From Bifidobacterium breve (GTDB taxonomy: Bacteria; Actinomycetota; Actinomycetes; S36-B12): a DNA stretch of 54,649 nucleotides. Shown here in pieces: positions 23,346-34,525 of the stretch (its first letter is position 1; the number at the start of each line of letters is the position of its first letter). Below the pieces are notes generated by a model. That model saw only the letters and a list, made by a program, of their open reading frames with translations. It made no database searches and was not told where the DNA came from. The DNA lies in the NCBI GenBank assembly GCA_945877545.1, contig CAMCSO010000002.1:1-54649 (forward strand), in the 5' to 3' direction. The translations under genes were made by a program, and so were the position numbers.

Positions 23346-24101
23346 GTGACCGGGCCTACTGCCGGACCCATCGCGGTCGCGCTAGATGCACCGAACCTCA
23401 CCGTGCTGGCCGCTTGGACTCGGGCCGTGACGCCGTACGTCTCGACTCTTAAGGTGGGCTTGGAGGTCTTCTGTCGCGATGGCGCGGCATCCGTCGAGGT
23501 GGCGCGGGCAGCGGCATCCGCGGTCACGGGCCAAGTGCCAGCCATCTTTCTCGACCTCAAGCTCCATGACATCCCTGCGACGGTCGCTGGCGCAGCCAGA
23601 TCCGTGGCTCACCTTGCTCCCGCGTTCCTCACCGTTCATGCGGCCGGCGGCTCGCAGATGATCACTGCTGCAGCAGCGGCACTCCCGAATACCCGCATTA
23701 CGGCAGTCACCGTATTGACGTCTCTGGACGACGAGTCGCTGGAATCGATCGGAATGGCGGGCCCATCGCTCGATGCGGCCGTGCGGCTCGCGGTTCTTGC
23801 GACGCACGCGGGCGCCGGGGCTATTGTCTGCTCCCCTCGCGAGGTGGCGGCGATCCGGGCTGCGGTTGCTCACGACATCGTGCTCATTACGCCCGGTGTG
23901 CGGCCGGTAGGCGTCTCGGTCGATGACCAGCGTCGGACCGCGACCCCGGAGCAGGCGCTCGCTGATGGAGCAGACCTGCTTGTCATCGGCCGGCCGATCA
24001 CGGGAGCCCCTGATGTTGGGGCGGCTGCGGCAGCACTGGCCGCGACCTGCCGCGATGCTCGCAAGGCTTATCCTCATCATTCATCCTGGATCGCTCCGTG
24101 A
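23346..24101 (+). CDS. pyrF: Orotidine-5'-phosphate decarboxylase
   Basis: Motifs AVALDAPN, FLDLKLHDIPATV and LVIGRPIT. The start is uncertain: GTG 23346 lies after the pyrD stop, while ATG 23286 would overlap the pyrD tail by 23 nt. The track start is 23187. Confidence 0.85.
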   Translation: MTGPTAGPIAVALDAPNLTVLAAWTRAVTPYVSTLKVGLEVFCRDGAASVEVARAAASAVTGQVPAIFLDLKLHDIPATVAGAARSVAHLAPAFLTVHAAGGSQMITAAAAALPNTRITAVTVLTSLDDESLESIGMAGPSLDAAVRLAVLATHAGAGAIVCSPREVAAIRAAVAHDIVLITPGVRPVGVSVDDQRRTATPEQALADGADLLVIGRPITGAPDVGAAAAALAATCRDARKAYPHHSSWIAP

Positions 24102-24412
24102 CCGTTCCCGTCCGCACTGAGGAGCAGCGGGCATCGGCACTGCTGCGGGCGATGGAGGTGCGCCATGAGCGGGCAGTGCTTCGTCGGGCGCTGAAAGCGG
24201 GTCTGACCTCGGGTGCTGAGATCATCAGAAGTGCTGGATTGTCGGGGGAGTGGCAGGGCGTTCGGGTCCGTTGGCTGCTGGAGTCACTGCCTAGAGTCGG
24301 CCCGGCTCGTGCCGATTCGATCATGCGGAGGTTGGTCATCGCAGAGACCCGCAGACTCGGCGGCCTCACGGATCGGCAGCGCGATGAGCTGATCGAGGCG
24401 ATCCAAGGATGA
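24098..24412 (+). CDS. mihF: Integration host factor, actinobacterial type (mIHF)
   Basis: A 104-aa basic protein in the conserved pyrF-gmk slot. N-terminus ...RTEEQRASALLRAMEVRHERAVL. GTGA overlap with the pyrF stop. Confidence 0.8.
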   Translation: MTVPVRTEEQRASALLRAMEVRHERAVLRRALKAGLTSGAEIIRSAGLSGEWQGVRVRWLLESLPRVGPARADSIMRRLVIAETRRLGGLTDRQRDELIEAIQG

Positions 24413-24963
24413 GCGGTAGCAGGGGGCGGCTCATGGTGGTATCCGGGCCATCCGGTGTTGGCAAGAGCACGGTGGTTCGAGCGCTCCTTGAGCGGATGCC
24501 GTACGCATGGCTCTCGGTCTCGGCAACGACCCGTCCGGCTCGGCCTGGCGAGGTCGATGGGGTCGATTACTTCTTCATTGATTCGAGGGGGTTCGACGCG
24601 ATGATCGCTGCCGGTGACCTCCTGGAGTGGGCGGAGTTTGCCGGCAACCGATACGGGACTCCGCGCGGGCCCGTCGGCGAGCATCGTGCTGCGGGGCGGC
24701 CAGTCATCTTGGAGATTGAGGTCGCTGGGGCTCGGCAGGTTCGACAGGCGGCTGATGACGCTCTGCTCGTGTTTCTCGCCCCGCCCTCTTGGGAAATTCT
24801 GCGCGCCAGGCTCCTCGGCCGAGGTACGGAATCGCAAGAGGCAGTCGCTCATCGACTAGCCGTCGCGGAGCAGGAGCTTGCCGCTCGGGAGGAGTTCGAC
24901 GAGGTCGTCGTGAACACCGAGGTGCCGGACACAGTAGAAACGTTGGTAGGCTTTCTCACATGA
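24409..24963 (+). CDS. gmk: Guanylate kinase
   Basis: P-loop [10 protein letters not shown], 184 aa, ATGA overlap with mihF. Confidence 0.95.
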   Translation: MSGSRGRLMVVSGPSGVGKSTVVRALLERMPYAWLSVSATTRPARPGEVDGVDYFFIDSRGFDAMIAAGDLLEWAEFAGNRYGTPRGPVGEHRAAGRPVILEIEVAGARQVRQAADDALLVFLAPPSWEILRARLLGRGTESQEAVAHRLAVAEQELAAREEFDEVVVNTEVPDTVETLVGFLT

Positions 24964-25223
24964 GTTCCGCTCGCCCTGAGGGCATCACCCATCCGTCCAT
25001 CGATGCGCTCCTCGAAAAGACGGACTCGAAGTACTCGCTCGTCATCTATGCATCCAAGCGTGCGCGACAGATCAACGCCTACTACTCCCAGCTCGGCGAA
25101 GGCCTGTTGGAGTATGTCGGTCCCCTCGTCGAGACCCACGTTCAGGAGAAGTCGCTCTCCATCGCCCTGCGCGAGATCGACGCGGGACTCCTCATCTCCG
25201 AGGCGGTCGAGGAGCCGGTCTGA
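24960..25223 (+). CDS. rpoZ: DNA-directed RNA polymerase omega subunit
   Basis: Motif [20 protein letters not shown] 24960 overlaps the gmk stop. The track start at 24789 lies inside gmk. Confidence 0.9.
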   Translation: MSSARPEGITHPSIDALLEKTDSKYSLVIYASKRARQINAYYSQLGEGLLEYVGPLVETHVQEKSLSIALREIDAGLLISEAVEEPV

Positions 25224-25237
25224 CCACGATCCCTGCC

Positions 25238-25271
25238 GAGACCGGCGCCCCCATCCCGGGGCGCCGGTCTC
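25238..25271 (+). terminator. Perfect 14-bp GC-rich hairpin between rpoZ and coaBC
   Basis: gagaccggcgcccc (25238-25251) pairs perfectly with ggggcgccggtctc (25258-25271), with a 6-nt loop. There is no U-tract, so the terminator assignment is tentative. Confidence 0.45.
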
Positions 25272-25279
25272 GCGTCGTT

Positions 25280-26491
25280 GTGGGGGTAGCAGGGGGTATC
25301 GCGGCCTACAAGGCGGTCGAGGTTGTCCGTGGCCTCACCGAGTCAGGGCACGACGTCACCGTCGTCCCGACGGCAGCTGCGTTGAGATTCGTCGGCTCTG
25401 CGACCTGGGAGGCGCTGTCCGGAAGGGCGGTGCACCACACGGTCTGGGATCAGGCGCACCTTGTTGCGCATGTGCGACTCGGACAGCAGGCCGACCTCGT
25501 TGTCGTGGTCCCCGCGACAGCTGACCTGCTGGCCCGGGCAACGCACGGAGTAGCGGGCGATCTCCTCACGAACGTTCTCCTCACGGCCCGGTGCCCCATC
25601 CTCCTCGCGCCAGCAATGCACACCGAAATGTGGGTGCATCCGGCAACTCAACGAAATGTCTCGGATCTACGAGGCAGGGGAGTCGTCGTGCTGGAGCCCG
25701 CTGCCGGCCGGCTCACCGGCGCCGACTCCGGGGCAGGGCGACTACCGGAGCCGCGCCAGATTCTCGAAGCCATCGGCGATCTGCTGCGGCGAAGTCCGTC
25801 CAATGACCTTGCCGGCCGATCGATCGTCGTGAGTGCGGGTGGCACTCGGGAGCCGCTGGATCCGGTGCGGTTCATCGGTAACAACAGCAGTGGGCGTCAA
25901 GGGGTGGAACTTGCCCGGACAGCTGTGTCGCGCGGCGCCTCGGTCACCCTTGTCGCGGCCAACCTCGACGTCGATCCCCCGGCTGGGGTCACGCTCGTGC
26001 GGGTGAGCACGGCCGCCGAACTGCACGCGGCCATGGTCGCGCGGTCGATCGCAGCAGATGTCCTCGTCATGGCTGCAGCAGTTGCAGATTTCCGCCCCGA
26101 TACCCGGGCCGGATCCAAGATCAAGAAGGAGTCTGCGGAGGCGACCCTGCGTATTGATCTGGTCCAGACCGTCGATGTCCTCGCTGATCTTGTTCGAACG
26201 CGAGTGGGCGCGCGACCCGTCATCGTCGGCTTCGCCGCTGAGACTGCGACCAATGCTGACGAGTTGGTCTCAGTTGCGAGAGGAAAGCTTGCCCGCAAGG
26301 GCTGCGACCTGCTGATCGTCAATGATGTGGGGCGGGTCGAGGTATTCGGTGCTGTGGACAATGAGGTGCTGGTGTTGGGGTCCGACGGTTCGATGACGGA
26401 GTTGTCACGTCGCTCGAAGGCTGCCGTGGCGGACGGGGTCTGGGATGCTGTTGCTCGCCTGTTCGCCGATCGATTGGCAGTAGACACATAG
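25280..26491 (+). CDS. coaBC: Bifunctional phosphopantothenoylcysteine decarboxylase / phosphopantothenate-cysteine ligase
   Basis: N-terminal flavoprotein motif GVAGGIAAYKA, a C-terminal CoaB domain, 403 aa. Confidence 0.92.
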   Translation: MGVAGGIAAYKAVEVVRGLTESGHDVTVVPTAAALRFVGSATWEALSGRAVHHTVWDQAHLVAHVRLGQQADLVVVVPATADLLARATHGVAGDLLTNVLLTARCPILLAPAMHTEMWVHPATQRNVSDLRGRGVVVLEPAAGRLTGADSGAGRLPEPRQILEAIGDLLRRSPSNDLAGRSIVVSAGGTREPLDPVRFIGNNSSGRQGVELARTAVSRGASVTLVAANLDVDPPAGVTLVRVSTAAELHAAMVARSIAADVLVMAAAVADFRPDTRAGSKIKKESAEATLRIDLVQTVDVLADLVRTRVGARPVIVGFAAETATNADELVSVARGKLARKGCDLLIVNDVGRVEVFGAVDNEVLVLGSDGSMTELSRRSKAAVADGVWDAVARLFADRLAVDT

Positions 26492-26564
26492 GACTCAACG
26501 CTAGACTATGTTCCTTCGTCGGCAAGGACCGTCATGGTTGCCGTCACTATCGGGAGAAGAGTTC

Positions 26565-27815
<1,251 letters not shown>

Positions 27816-27832
27816 TAGCGCGCCCGGGGGCA

Positions 27833-29824
27833 GTGATCGACGACCAACTGGCACTGGATACGGGTACACCGGTTGGCCGCCGCCCGCGGGTGGGTTCGGC
27901 GGTGCCGTTGGCGAAGGAGTCGCCGGTCGGTCAGGTGCGCGTGGAATCCCCGCTGCCACACCTTGATCGGGTATTCGACTACGGGGTACCCGAATCCCTC
28001 GACAAGGCTGCCCAGCCTGGGGTCCGCGTGCGTGTTCGTTTTGCTGGACGCCTCCTCAATGGCCTCATCGTCGGGCGGAGCCAGGAGAGCTCGGTCGAAG
28101 CGAGCCTGCGGCCCATCGAACGGGTGCTGTCGCCCGAGCAGGTACTGACCGACGAGGTCTCGACGCTCGTGTCAGCCGTGGCGGATCGATATGCGGGTTC
28201 CTTCTGGGACGTCTTGAGGGCCGCCTTGCCCCCGCGTCACGCTCGCGCTGAGGCAGCAATCACCATGGTTGACACCGCCTCTTTGGTCGACCCTCGCGAG
28301 GGTGACGAGGACGCGTGGGCGCGCTACCAGCGTGGCAGGGTGCTGTACGGACGTGCGCTCGCCGGCGGTATCGCAGGAGTGCGCGGCGTGTGGTCTGCGG
28401 CGCCAGCCCATCCGTGGACGGCAGATATCGCGGCCATCGTCCGTGCGGTGCTCTCGCGTCCAATTGGAGGTGTCCTCGTCGTCGTCCCAGACGCCTGGGA
28501 TGTCGCGCAGGTGACCGCTGCCCTCGAGGATTGCACTGAGACGATGGCTGTACTCACGGCAGATCTCGGTCCCGAGCGCCGCTACCGGGAATTCCTACGA
28601 GTGCTACGCGGGACAGTTCGCCTCGTCGTCGGGACGAGGGCCGCGGTCTTCGCGCCCGTGCATGATTTGGCACTCACGATCGTCTGGAATGACGGGGATG
28701 AGGCCCTCTGGGAGCCGCACGCGCCCTACTGGAACGCTCGCGACGTCGCGGCCCTGCGTTCCCATCTCACCGGATGCGGCCTTCTCGTCGGATCACCGGC
28801 CCGAAGCGTCGAGACTGAGCAGTGGTGCGCAAGCGGCTGGGCGCAGTCGCTGTCCGCGAATCGGCAGACACTGCGTGCGGACGCGCCGATTGTGCGGGCG
28901 CTGGAGATTCAAGATGAGGCCCGAGACGAGGCTGCTGCGTCCGCCAGGATTCCGCATACCGCCTGGCTGGTCGCTAAGGAGGGCCTGCGCAGCGGGCCGG
29001 TACTCATTCAGGTGGCCCGGCGCGGATACCTGCCGGTGCTCGCATGCCTGGAGTGCCGAGAGGCAGCCCGTTGCTCGTGCACCGGGCCATTGTCACTGGC
29101 AGCCGGGCGGCAAGTGGCCATGTGTGGCTGGTGTGGCAAGTTGTCGGGCTCGTGGTCGTGCGGGGCGTGTGGCTCCGGCCAGTTCCGCGCGGTGGCGATT
29201 GGAATCGAACGTACCGCCGAGGAGTTCGGGCGGGCGTTCCATGGTGAACGGATCGTGTGGTCGTCTGGAGACCAGATGAAGCGTGCGGTGGGGGAGACAC
29301 CGGCCCTCGTCATCGCGACGGCTGGCGCCGAGCCGGTGGCCACCGGCGGATACACCGCCGTCGTCATCCTCGATGCGCGAACCTCGATGATGCGCCCGTC
29401 GCTTCGGGCGATGGAGGAGTCTGCGCATCGGTGGTTCTCGGCTGCGCTACATGCGAGACCCCGCGCGCAAATCATCGTCACCGCCGAGACTGGCGCGCCG
29501 GCAGTTCAGGCACTTGTCCGATGGGATGCATCATGGCTGGCTGCCCGCGAGTTGGGTGAGCGGGCCTCCGCTGGTATGCCTCCCGCGACCCGCGTCGCGG
29601 TACTGCGCGGGACTCCTCAGGACATCGACGAGGTCGGCCGCGCCCTGCGGGTACCTCACCGGCTCCTCGGCCCGGTGGGTGACAGGGCGATCGTGACGGT
29701 GCGACGCGAGAATGGCCCGACACTTGGCAGGGAACTCCGCGCCATCAGCGTCGTCCGGTCGGCGAAGTCAGGGCCCGGCAAGCCCGTAACAGTAATCATG
29801 GATCCAAGGGACATCGACACCTAA
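27833..29824 (+). CDS. priA: Primosomal protein N' (PriA) homologue with a degenerate helicase motif I
   Basis: N-terminal 3'-BD-like region (VRVESPLPHLDRVFDYGVP) and a Cys-rich zinc region CLEC...C.C...CGWCG...CGACG. No GxGKT Walker A is visible. Confidence 0.85.
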   Translation: MIDDQLALDTGTPVGRRPRVGSAVPLAKESPVGQVRVESPLPHLDRVFDYGVPESLDKAAQPGVRVRVRFAGRLLNGLIVGRSQESSVEASLRPIERVLSPEQVLTDEVSTLVSAVADRYAGSFWDVLRAALPPRHARAEAAITMVDTASLVDPREGDEDAWARYQRGRVLYGRALAGGIAGVRGVWSAAPAHPWTADIAAIVRAVLSRPIGGVLVVVPDAWDVAQVTAALEDCTETMAVLTADLGPERRYREFLRVLRGTVRLVVGTRAAVFAPVHDLALTIVWNDGDEALWEPHAPYWNARDVAALRSHLTGCGLLVGSPARSVETEQWCASGWAQSLSANRQTLRADAPIVRALEIQDEARDEAAASARIPHTAWLVAKEGLRSGPVLIQVARRGYLPVLACLECREAARCSCTGPLSLAAGRQVAMCGWCGKLSGSWSCGACGSGQFRAVAIGIERTAEEFGRAFHGERIVWSSGDQMKRAVGETPALVIATAGAEPVATGGYTAVVILDARTSMMRPSLRAMEESAHRWFSAALHARPRAQIIVTAETGAPAVQALVRWDASWLAARELGERASAGMPPATRVAVLRGTPQDIDEVGRALRVPHRLLGPVGDRAIVTVRRENGPTLGRELRAISVVRSAKSGPGKPVTVIMDPRDIDT

Positions 29825-29848
29825 GGACCACCAGAGCAACCCCCTCCC

Positions 29849-29940
29849 TTCATCTCACCCAGAATCCGGGCGAGATGAATGAATCGGAGGCGATTCGTCT
29901 TCATTTCGTTTTATTCGCCCGGAATCTGGGCCAGATGGGA
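29849..29940. repeat. Palindromic intergenic repeat, copies B1 and B2 in inverted orientation (composite ~92-bp palindrome)
   Basis: B1 is ttcatctcacccagaatccgggcgagatgaa (29849-29879). A central hairpin atgaatcg/cgattcgt follows. B2 (29899-40), reverse-complemented, reads catctggcccagattccgggcgaa...gaaatgaag. Confidence 0.65.
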
Positions 29941-29969
29941 TTGGGCGGGCGTGACGATACTCTTGGGTT

Positions 29970-30515
29970 GTGGCTATTCAACCGATCCGACTCATGGGCG
30001 ATCCCGTCCTTCGTACGCCGGCGGCCACCGTCGACACCTTCGACAAGGAACTGCGCAAACTCGTGAAGGACCTGACCGAGACTATGCAGGACGCGCCCGG
30101 CGCCGGTCTCGCGGCTCCCCAGATTGGCGTTTCCCTACGGGTCTTCACCTACTGGGTCGATGATGAGATCGGCCACCTCGTCAACCCTGACCTGGACCTA
30201 TCCTCCGACATTCAAGATGGCGAGGAGGGGTGCCTTTCACTTCCCGGGCTCACCTTCGATACCAAGCGCGCGATGAGCGTTTTGGCCAAGGGCATGAATA
30301 TGCACGGAGAACCGATCGTCATCGAAGGCAGCGATCTGCTGGCGCGTTGCGTCCAGCATGAGACCGATCACCTCGACGGAATCCTCTTCATCGACAAGCT
30401 TGATCCACAGGCCCGGCGCGAGGCGATGCGCCTCATCCGCGAGTCTGAGTGGTTCGGCGAGCCAGCCCCGGCCTTCCATGCCAGCCCGCACACTATCTCC
30501 TCCCGCTGGCTGTAG
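29970..30515 (+). CDS. def: Peptide deformylase
   Basis: Motifs [18 protein letters not shown] and QHETDHLDG. Confidence 0.94.
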   Translation: MAIQPIRLMGDPVLRTPAATVDTFDKELRKLVKDLTETMQDAPGAGLAAPQIGVSLRVFTYWVDDEIGHLVNPDLDLSSDIQDGEEGCLSLPGLTFDTKRAMSVLAKGMNMHGEPIVIEGSDLLARCVQHETDHLDGILFIDKLDPQARREAMRLIRESEWFGEPAPAFHASPHTISSRWL

Positions 30516-30523
30516 GGCCACGG

Positions 30524-31453
30524 GTGCGCTGTATTTTCGCTGGAACGCCAGGGGTCGCCCTGCCATCACTTGAGGCGTTGCTGGATTCCCGACATGAAGT
30601 GGTCGCTGTCGTCACAAGGCCAGACTCCGCACGCGGGCGTGGCCGCATGGTGGAGCGCAGCGCGGTAGCGCGGCTCGCAGCAGTTCGGGGCATACCCGTG
30701 CTGAGCCCGATGAGCCCCAGCGAGCCGGGTTTCGCAGATGACCTCCGGGCCCTCCAACCCGACTGCTGCCCAGTGGTTGCCTACGGCGCGCTCCTGCCCG
30801 CCAGCCTCCTGGCGATCCCGCGTCTCGGCTGGGTGAACCTTCACTTTTCGCTCCTTCCCGCATGGCGAGGCGCGGCGCCCGTGCAGCGTGCTGTCCTCCA
30901 CGGCGACGACATCACGGGTGCAACGACCTTCGTCATTGGCCCGGGTCTCGACGACGGCCCGGTGCTCGGCACCGTCACCGAGGAGATTCGCCAGGCAGAT
31001 ACGTCCGGTGAACTTCTCGACCGACTCGCGAATTCGGGAGCGAGCCTCCTCATCGCGACCCTCGATGCGCTTGAGGACCAAGTAATCGAGGCGAAGCCCC
31101 AACCCGCGGAAGGTGTGAGTTTGGCGCCAAAAATCGGCGTTGACGACGCACGAATTCGCTGGGACGAACCGCTCGTCGGCGTTGATCGCCGCATCCGCGC
31201 TGTAACTCCGGCGCCCGGTGCCTGGACCATGCTAGGAGCCGAGCGACTCGGCGTGGGGCCAGTATCTATATCACCAGACGGCGCACCCGAGGGCCTCGAT
31301 CCGGGGCAGGTCGTTGCCACGAAGTCGAAGGTGTGGGTCGGCACCGGGAGTCGTGCCGCCCTGCTTGGTCAGGTGCGTCCGGCCGGGAAACGAGACATGC
31401 TTGCCGCCGACTGGGCGCGCGGCCTCCGCGGCGAGATCGGCAGGCTGGGATGA
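30524..31453 (+). CDS. fmt: Methionyl-tRNA formyltransferase
   Basis: Motifs [13 protein letters not shown] and [20 protein letters not shown] 30524 lies just after the def stop. The track start at 30449 lies inside def. Confidence 0.92.
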   Translation: MRCIFAGTPGVALPSLEALLDSRHEVVAVVTRPDSARGRGRMVERSAVARLAAVRGIPVLSPMSPSEPGFADDLRALQPDCCPVVAYGALLPASLLAIPRLGWVNLHFSLLPAWRGAAPVQRAVLHGDDITGATTFVIGPGLDDGPVLGTVTEEIRQADTSGELLDRLANSGASLLIATLDALEDQVIEAKPQPAEGVSLAPKIGVDDARIRWDEPLVGVDRRIRAVTPAPGAWTMLGAERLGVGPVSISPDGAPEGLDPGQVVATKSKVWVGTGSRAALLGQVRPAGKRDMLAADWARGLRGEIGRLG

Positions 31454-32805
31454 CCAGAGTCGATCCCTCCCGCGAAACTGCGTTCGCGCTCCTGCGCGCT
31501 GTTCGCGAGGACGAGGCATACGCGAACCTCGCCATGCCACTCCTCCTTCGTGCCCGCAAGCTCACCGGACGTGACGCGGGCTTCGCCACCGAACTCGGAT
31601 ACGGAACTCTGCGGTGGCTGGGCTGGTACGACGCAGTCCTGCAGTCGTGCATCACGAGGAACTGGGCGAGTGTTGAGGCCGGATTGAAGGACGTCCTGCG
31701 ACTGGGCTGCCATCAACTCCTCGCGATGCGGGTTCCGAGTCATGCAGCCGTCGACTCCTCCTGCGAACTGGCCCGGCGCAACGGCAACCCTGGTTCCGCG
31801 ACAGGCCGGGCCGGATTCGTGAACGCGGTCCTGCGAAAGGTGGCCGCACGCAGCCCCGAGGAATGGGTCGAGCAACTCGGAGTCACAGGTGATGATGTCG
31901 AGAGCCTGTCGACCCGCCTTTCCCATCCGGCCTGGATCATCCGCGCGTTTCAGGATGCGCTGGGTGACCGACGCGATGAGGTGGAATTCCTCCTTGAGGC
32001 CGACAATGAGCCAGCACGACCCACCCTCGTGGCCCGGCCTGGCCGACTCAGCGCAGAAGAACTGCGGGCGCTGCCGCAGGTGCAGCCGACCCGCTGGTCA
32101 CCTATCGGCGCTGTGCTCACCGACGGCACGCCCGAGTCCTTGAATGTCGTTCACTCCGGTCTTGCCGGGGTTCAGGATGAGGGTAGTCAACTCATGGCCC
32201 TCGCCATTGCCGGCGCGGTGGTCGACCATGAGGAGCACGCTTGGCTCGATATGTGCGCTGGGCCGGGAGGCAAGGCGGCATTGCTCGCCGGACTAGGTGC
32301 CGAGCGAGGGATCGAACTCGTGGCGATTGAGCAGCATCATCACCGGGCGGTACTCGTTGATCAGGCGGTCGATGGCGCAGCGCACGTGGAGGTCATCGTC
32401 GGCGATGCAACGACGTCACCGTGGGGCAAACGGCGGTTTGACCGAGTGCTCGTCGATGCACCGTGCACTGGTCTGGGTGCTTTGAGGCGGCGGCCAGAGG
32501 CACGCTGGCGCAAGTCGCCGATGGATCTAGCCTCGCTCGGGCCGCTCCAGCGGGCCCTGCTCAATGCCGCTGCCGATGCCACGCTGCCGGGCGGAGTTAT
32601 TGCCTATGTCACCTGTTCTCCGCACCTCGCGGAGACGGAGTTCGTCATAAGCGACGTCGTCGGCAGGCGCGATGACCTCATTATCGAGGATGCTCGGACG
32701 CTGCTTCCTAGCGTCGAGGACCTCGAGGACGGTCCCTTCGTACGGCTGTGGCCGCATCGACACGGGACCGACGGAATGTTTCTTGCGATCATGCGTAAGC
32801 GCTGA
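31450..32805 (+). CDS. rsmB: 16S rRNA (cytosine967-C5)-methyltransferase (RsmB/Sun family)
   Basis: NusB-like N-terminal domain, SAM motif DMCAGPGGK, and catalytic motifs [15 protein letters not shown] and TCS. ATG 31450 overlaps the fmt stop. Confidence 0.9.
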   Translation: MTRVDPSRETAFALLRAVREDEAYANLAMPLLLRARKLTGRDAGFATELGYGTLRWLGWYDAVLQSCITRNWASVEAGLKDVLRLGCHQLLAMRVPSHAAVDSSCELARRNGNPGSATGRAGFVNAVLRKVAARSPEEWVEQLGVTGDDVESLSTRLSHPAWIIRAFQDALGDRRDEVEFLLEADNEPARPTLVARPGRLSAEELRALPQVQPTRWSPIGAVLTDGTPESLNVVHSGLAGVQDEGSQLMALAIAGAVVDHEEHAWLDMCAGPGGKAALLAGLGAERGIELVAIEQHHHRAVLVDQAVDGAAHVEVIVGDATTSPWGKRRFDRVLVDAPCTGLGALRRRPEARWRKSPMDLASLGPLQRALLNAAADATLPGGVIAYVTCSPHLAETEFVISDVVGRRDDLIIEDARTLLPSVEDLEDGPFVRLWPHRHGTDGMFLAIMRKR

Positions 32806-32841
32806 GCATGCTCGGGCGACGAGGCCGACTACCCTGATCCC

Positions 32842-33507
32842 GTGGGCGTCCTAATTTCCCCGAGCGTGTTAAACAGCGATCTGTCTCGGCTCGCTGAAGA
32901 GGTGAGCCGGATTGCGATCTCAGCAGATTTCGTGCACCTCGACGTCATGGACAACCACTTCGTCCCGAATCTCACCTTCGGACTGCCGATCATCGAGTCA
33001 CTCCTGCGTAACTGCGCGGTTCCGGCCGACTGCCACCTCATGATCGCTGATCCGGACCGCTGGGCCCCGGCCTACGCCGAGGCCGGGGCAGCGAGCGTTA
33101 CCTTCCACATCGAGGCGGCTCGCAGCCCTGAGGGGATCTGCCGGGATATCCGAAGCGCAGGCGCGCGCGCTGGCGTGGCAGTCAAGCCCGGTACCGAGGT
33201 CGAGGAGTTGGCGAGCCTGATGCGGGACCTGGACATGATCCTCATCATGACCGTCGAGCCGGGGTTCGGCGGGCAGTCGTTCATGGCCGACATGCTGGCG
33301 AAAATCACCCGTGCGAGGCAGCTCGCGGAGTCCACGGGTACAGATGTTTGGGTTCAGGTCGACGGTGGCATTGATGCGTCAAACATTGAGCAATGCGCGA
33401 GTGCCGGAGCAAATGTCTTCGTCGCGGGCTCCGCAGTGTTTCGTGCCCCCGATCCTGCGGCGATGGTCACCCGCTTGAGGCGCCTCGCTGACGGTGCCGT
33501 CCCTTAA
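32842..33507 (+). CDS. rpe: Ribulose-phosphate 3-epimerase
   Basis: Motifs SPSVLNSDL, HLDVMDNHFVPNLTFG and VDGGI. Confidence 0.93.
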   Translation: MGVLISPSVLNSDLSRLAEEVSRIAISADFVHLDVMDNHFVPNLTFGLPIIESLLRNCAVPADCHLMIADPDRWAPAYAEAGAASVTFHIEAARSPEGICRDIRSAGARAGVAVKPGTEVEELASLMRDLDMILIMTVEPGFGGQSFMADMLAKITRARQLAESTGTDVWVQVDGGIDASNIEQCASAGANVFVAGSAVFRAPDPAAMVTRLRRLADGAVP

Positions 33508-34511
33508 TGAGCGACTGGGACGCCGCGATGGCCCGCGCGCTGGAATTGGCCGTGGCTCCTGACGCGCCTAGGGGCCTGAACCCGCGCGTCGGCTGCGTCA
33601 TCATCGGTGCTTTCGGCGACACGTTGGGGGAGGGCCACCACCGCGGTGCGGGAACCCCGCATGCCGAAGTGCAGGCCCTGGACGAGGCGGGTGTCGCGGC
33701 CAGGGGTGCTACCGCGGTTGTCACTCTCGAGCCCTGCCGTCACTTCGGCCGAACTGGTCCGTGTGTGCAGGCGCTGATGTCCGCGGGCGTGAGCCGCGTC
33801 GTGTTCGCCCAGACCGACCCGACGGCCCAGGCGGGCGGCGGCGCCGGTGAACTCCGGGCCGGTGGCATCGAGGTGATCGGCGGCGTGCTGGAGGAGCGGG
33901 CATCACTTGTCAATCGGGGCTGGACCCACGTGCAGCGAACCGGCCGACCCTTCGTCACGTTGAAGATCGCCGCGACCCTCGACGGACGTGTCGCCGGCGC
34001 CTCAGGCGGTCCGACCCCGATAAGCGGCCCAGAGTCGGCGCTCTTCGTACACGCATTGCGCGGTGACGTCGATGCTGTTCTCGTTGGCACCGGCACCGCC
34101 CTCACCGACAACCCGCGATTGACGGTTCGTGAGTCAGATGGTCGGCTGGCGGATCGCCAGCCTCTGCGGGTGATTGTTGGTATGCGCGACCTTCCTGGCT
34201 CCCTGCGGATTTTCAATGATGAGGCGCTGACGGTTCACCTGCAAACTCGGGTGCTGACCGAGGTGATTGCCGATCTGGTGGGCCGTGGAGTCCAGCAGGT
34301 ACTCCTTGAGGGCGGGCCGAGCCTCGCTGCTGCCTTCCTCAACGAGGGCCTCGTGGACGAGGTGGTGTGGCTGCTTGCTCCTCGCCTGTTCGGGGTCGGT
34401 CCGCTTGCCCTCGGTCCGATGAGCGAGCCACTCTTGGTCGATGTGCGGGAGTTCGGCCGGATCGGGGATGATGTACTCGTAAGGGGAGCACCTCGCACCC
34501 CAGCACACTGA
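33507..34511 (+). CDS. ribD: Riboflavin biosynthesis deaminase/reductase
   Basis: CMP/dCMP deaminase zinc motifs HAEVQAL and TLEPCRHFGRTGPC, plus a C-terminal reductase domain. TAATG overlap with rpe. Confidence 0.9.
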   Translation: MSDWDAAMARALELAVAPDAPRGLNPRVGCVIIGAFGDTLGEGHHRGAGTPHAEVQALDEAGVAARGATAVVTLEPCRHFGRTGPCVQALMSAGVSRVVFAQTDPTAQAGGGAGELRAGGIEVIGGVLEERASLVNRGWTHVQRTGRPFVTLKIAATLDGRVAGASGGPTPISGPESALFVHALRGDVDAVLVGTGTALTDNPRLTVRESDGRLADRQPLRVIVGMRDLPGSLRIFNDEALTVHLQTRVLTEVIADLVGRGVQQVLLEGGPSLAAAFLNEGLVDEVVWLLAPRLFGVGPLALGPMSEPLLVDVREFGRIGDDVLVRGAPRTPAH

Positions 34512-34525
34512 CCAAAGGATCACTC

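Noticed and set aside
26492-26564. A possible SAM riboswitch upstream of metK.
   Set aside because: Only 73 nt separate coaBC and metK, and I could not draw any SAM-I/SAM-IV-like helices.
29875-30163. Small + strand ORFs (63 and 94 aa) that start inside the priA-def repeat region.
   Set aside because: They run out of frame into def, lack an RBS, and their 5' parts are simply the palindromic repeat sequence.
33400-33520. An expected FMN (RFN) riboswitch in front of the riboflavin operon.
   Set aside because: ribD overlaps the rpe stop by 1 nt, and the other rib junctions are 0-14 nt. There is no room for a ~140-nt aptamer, so the rib genes here are simply part of the def-to-hisG unit.
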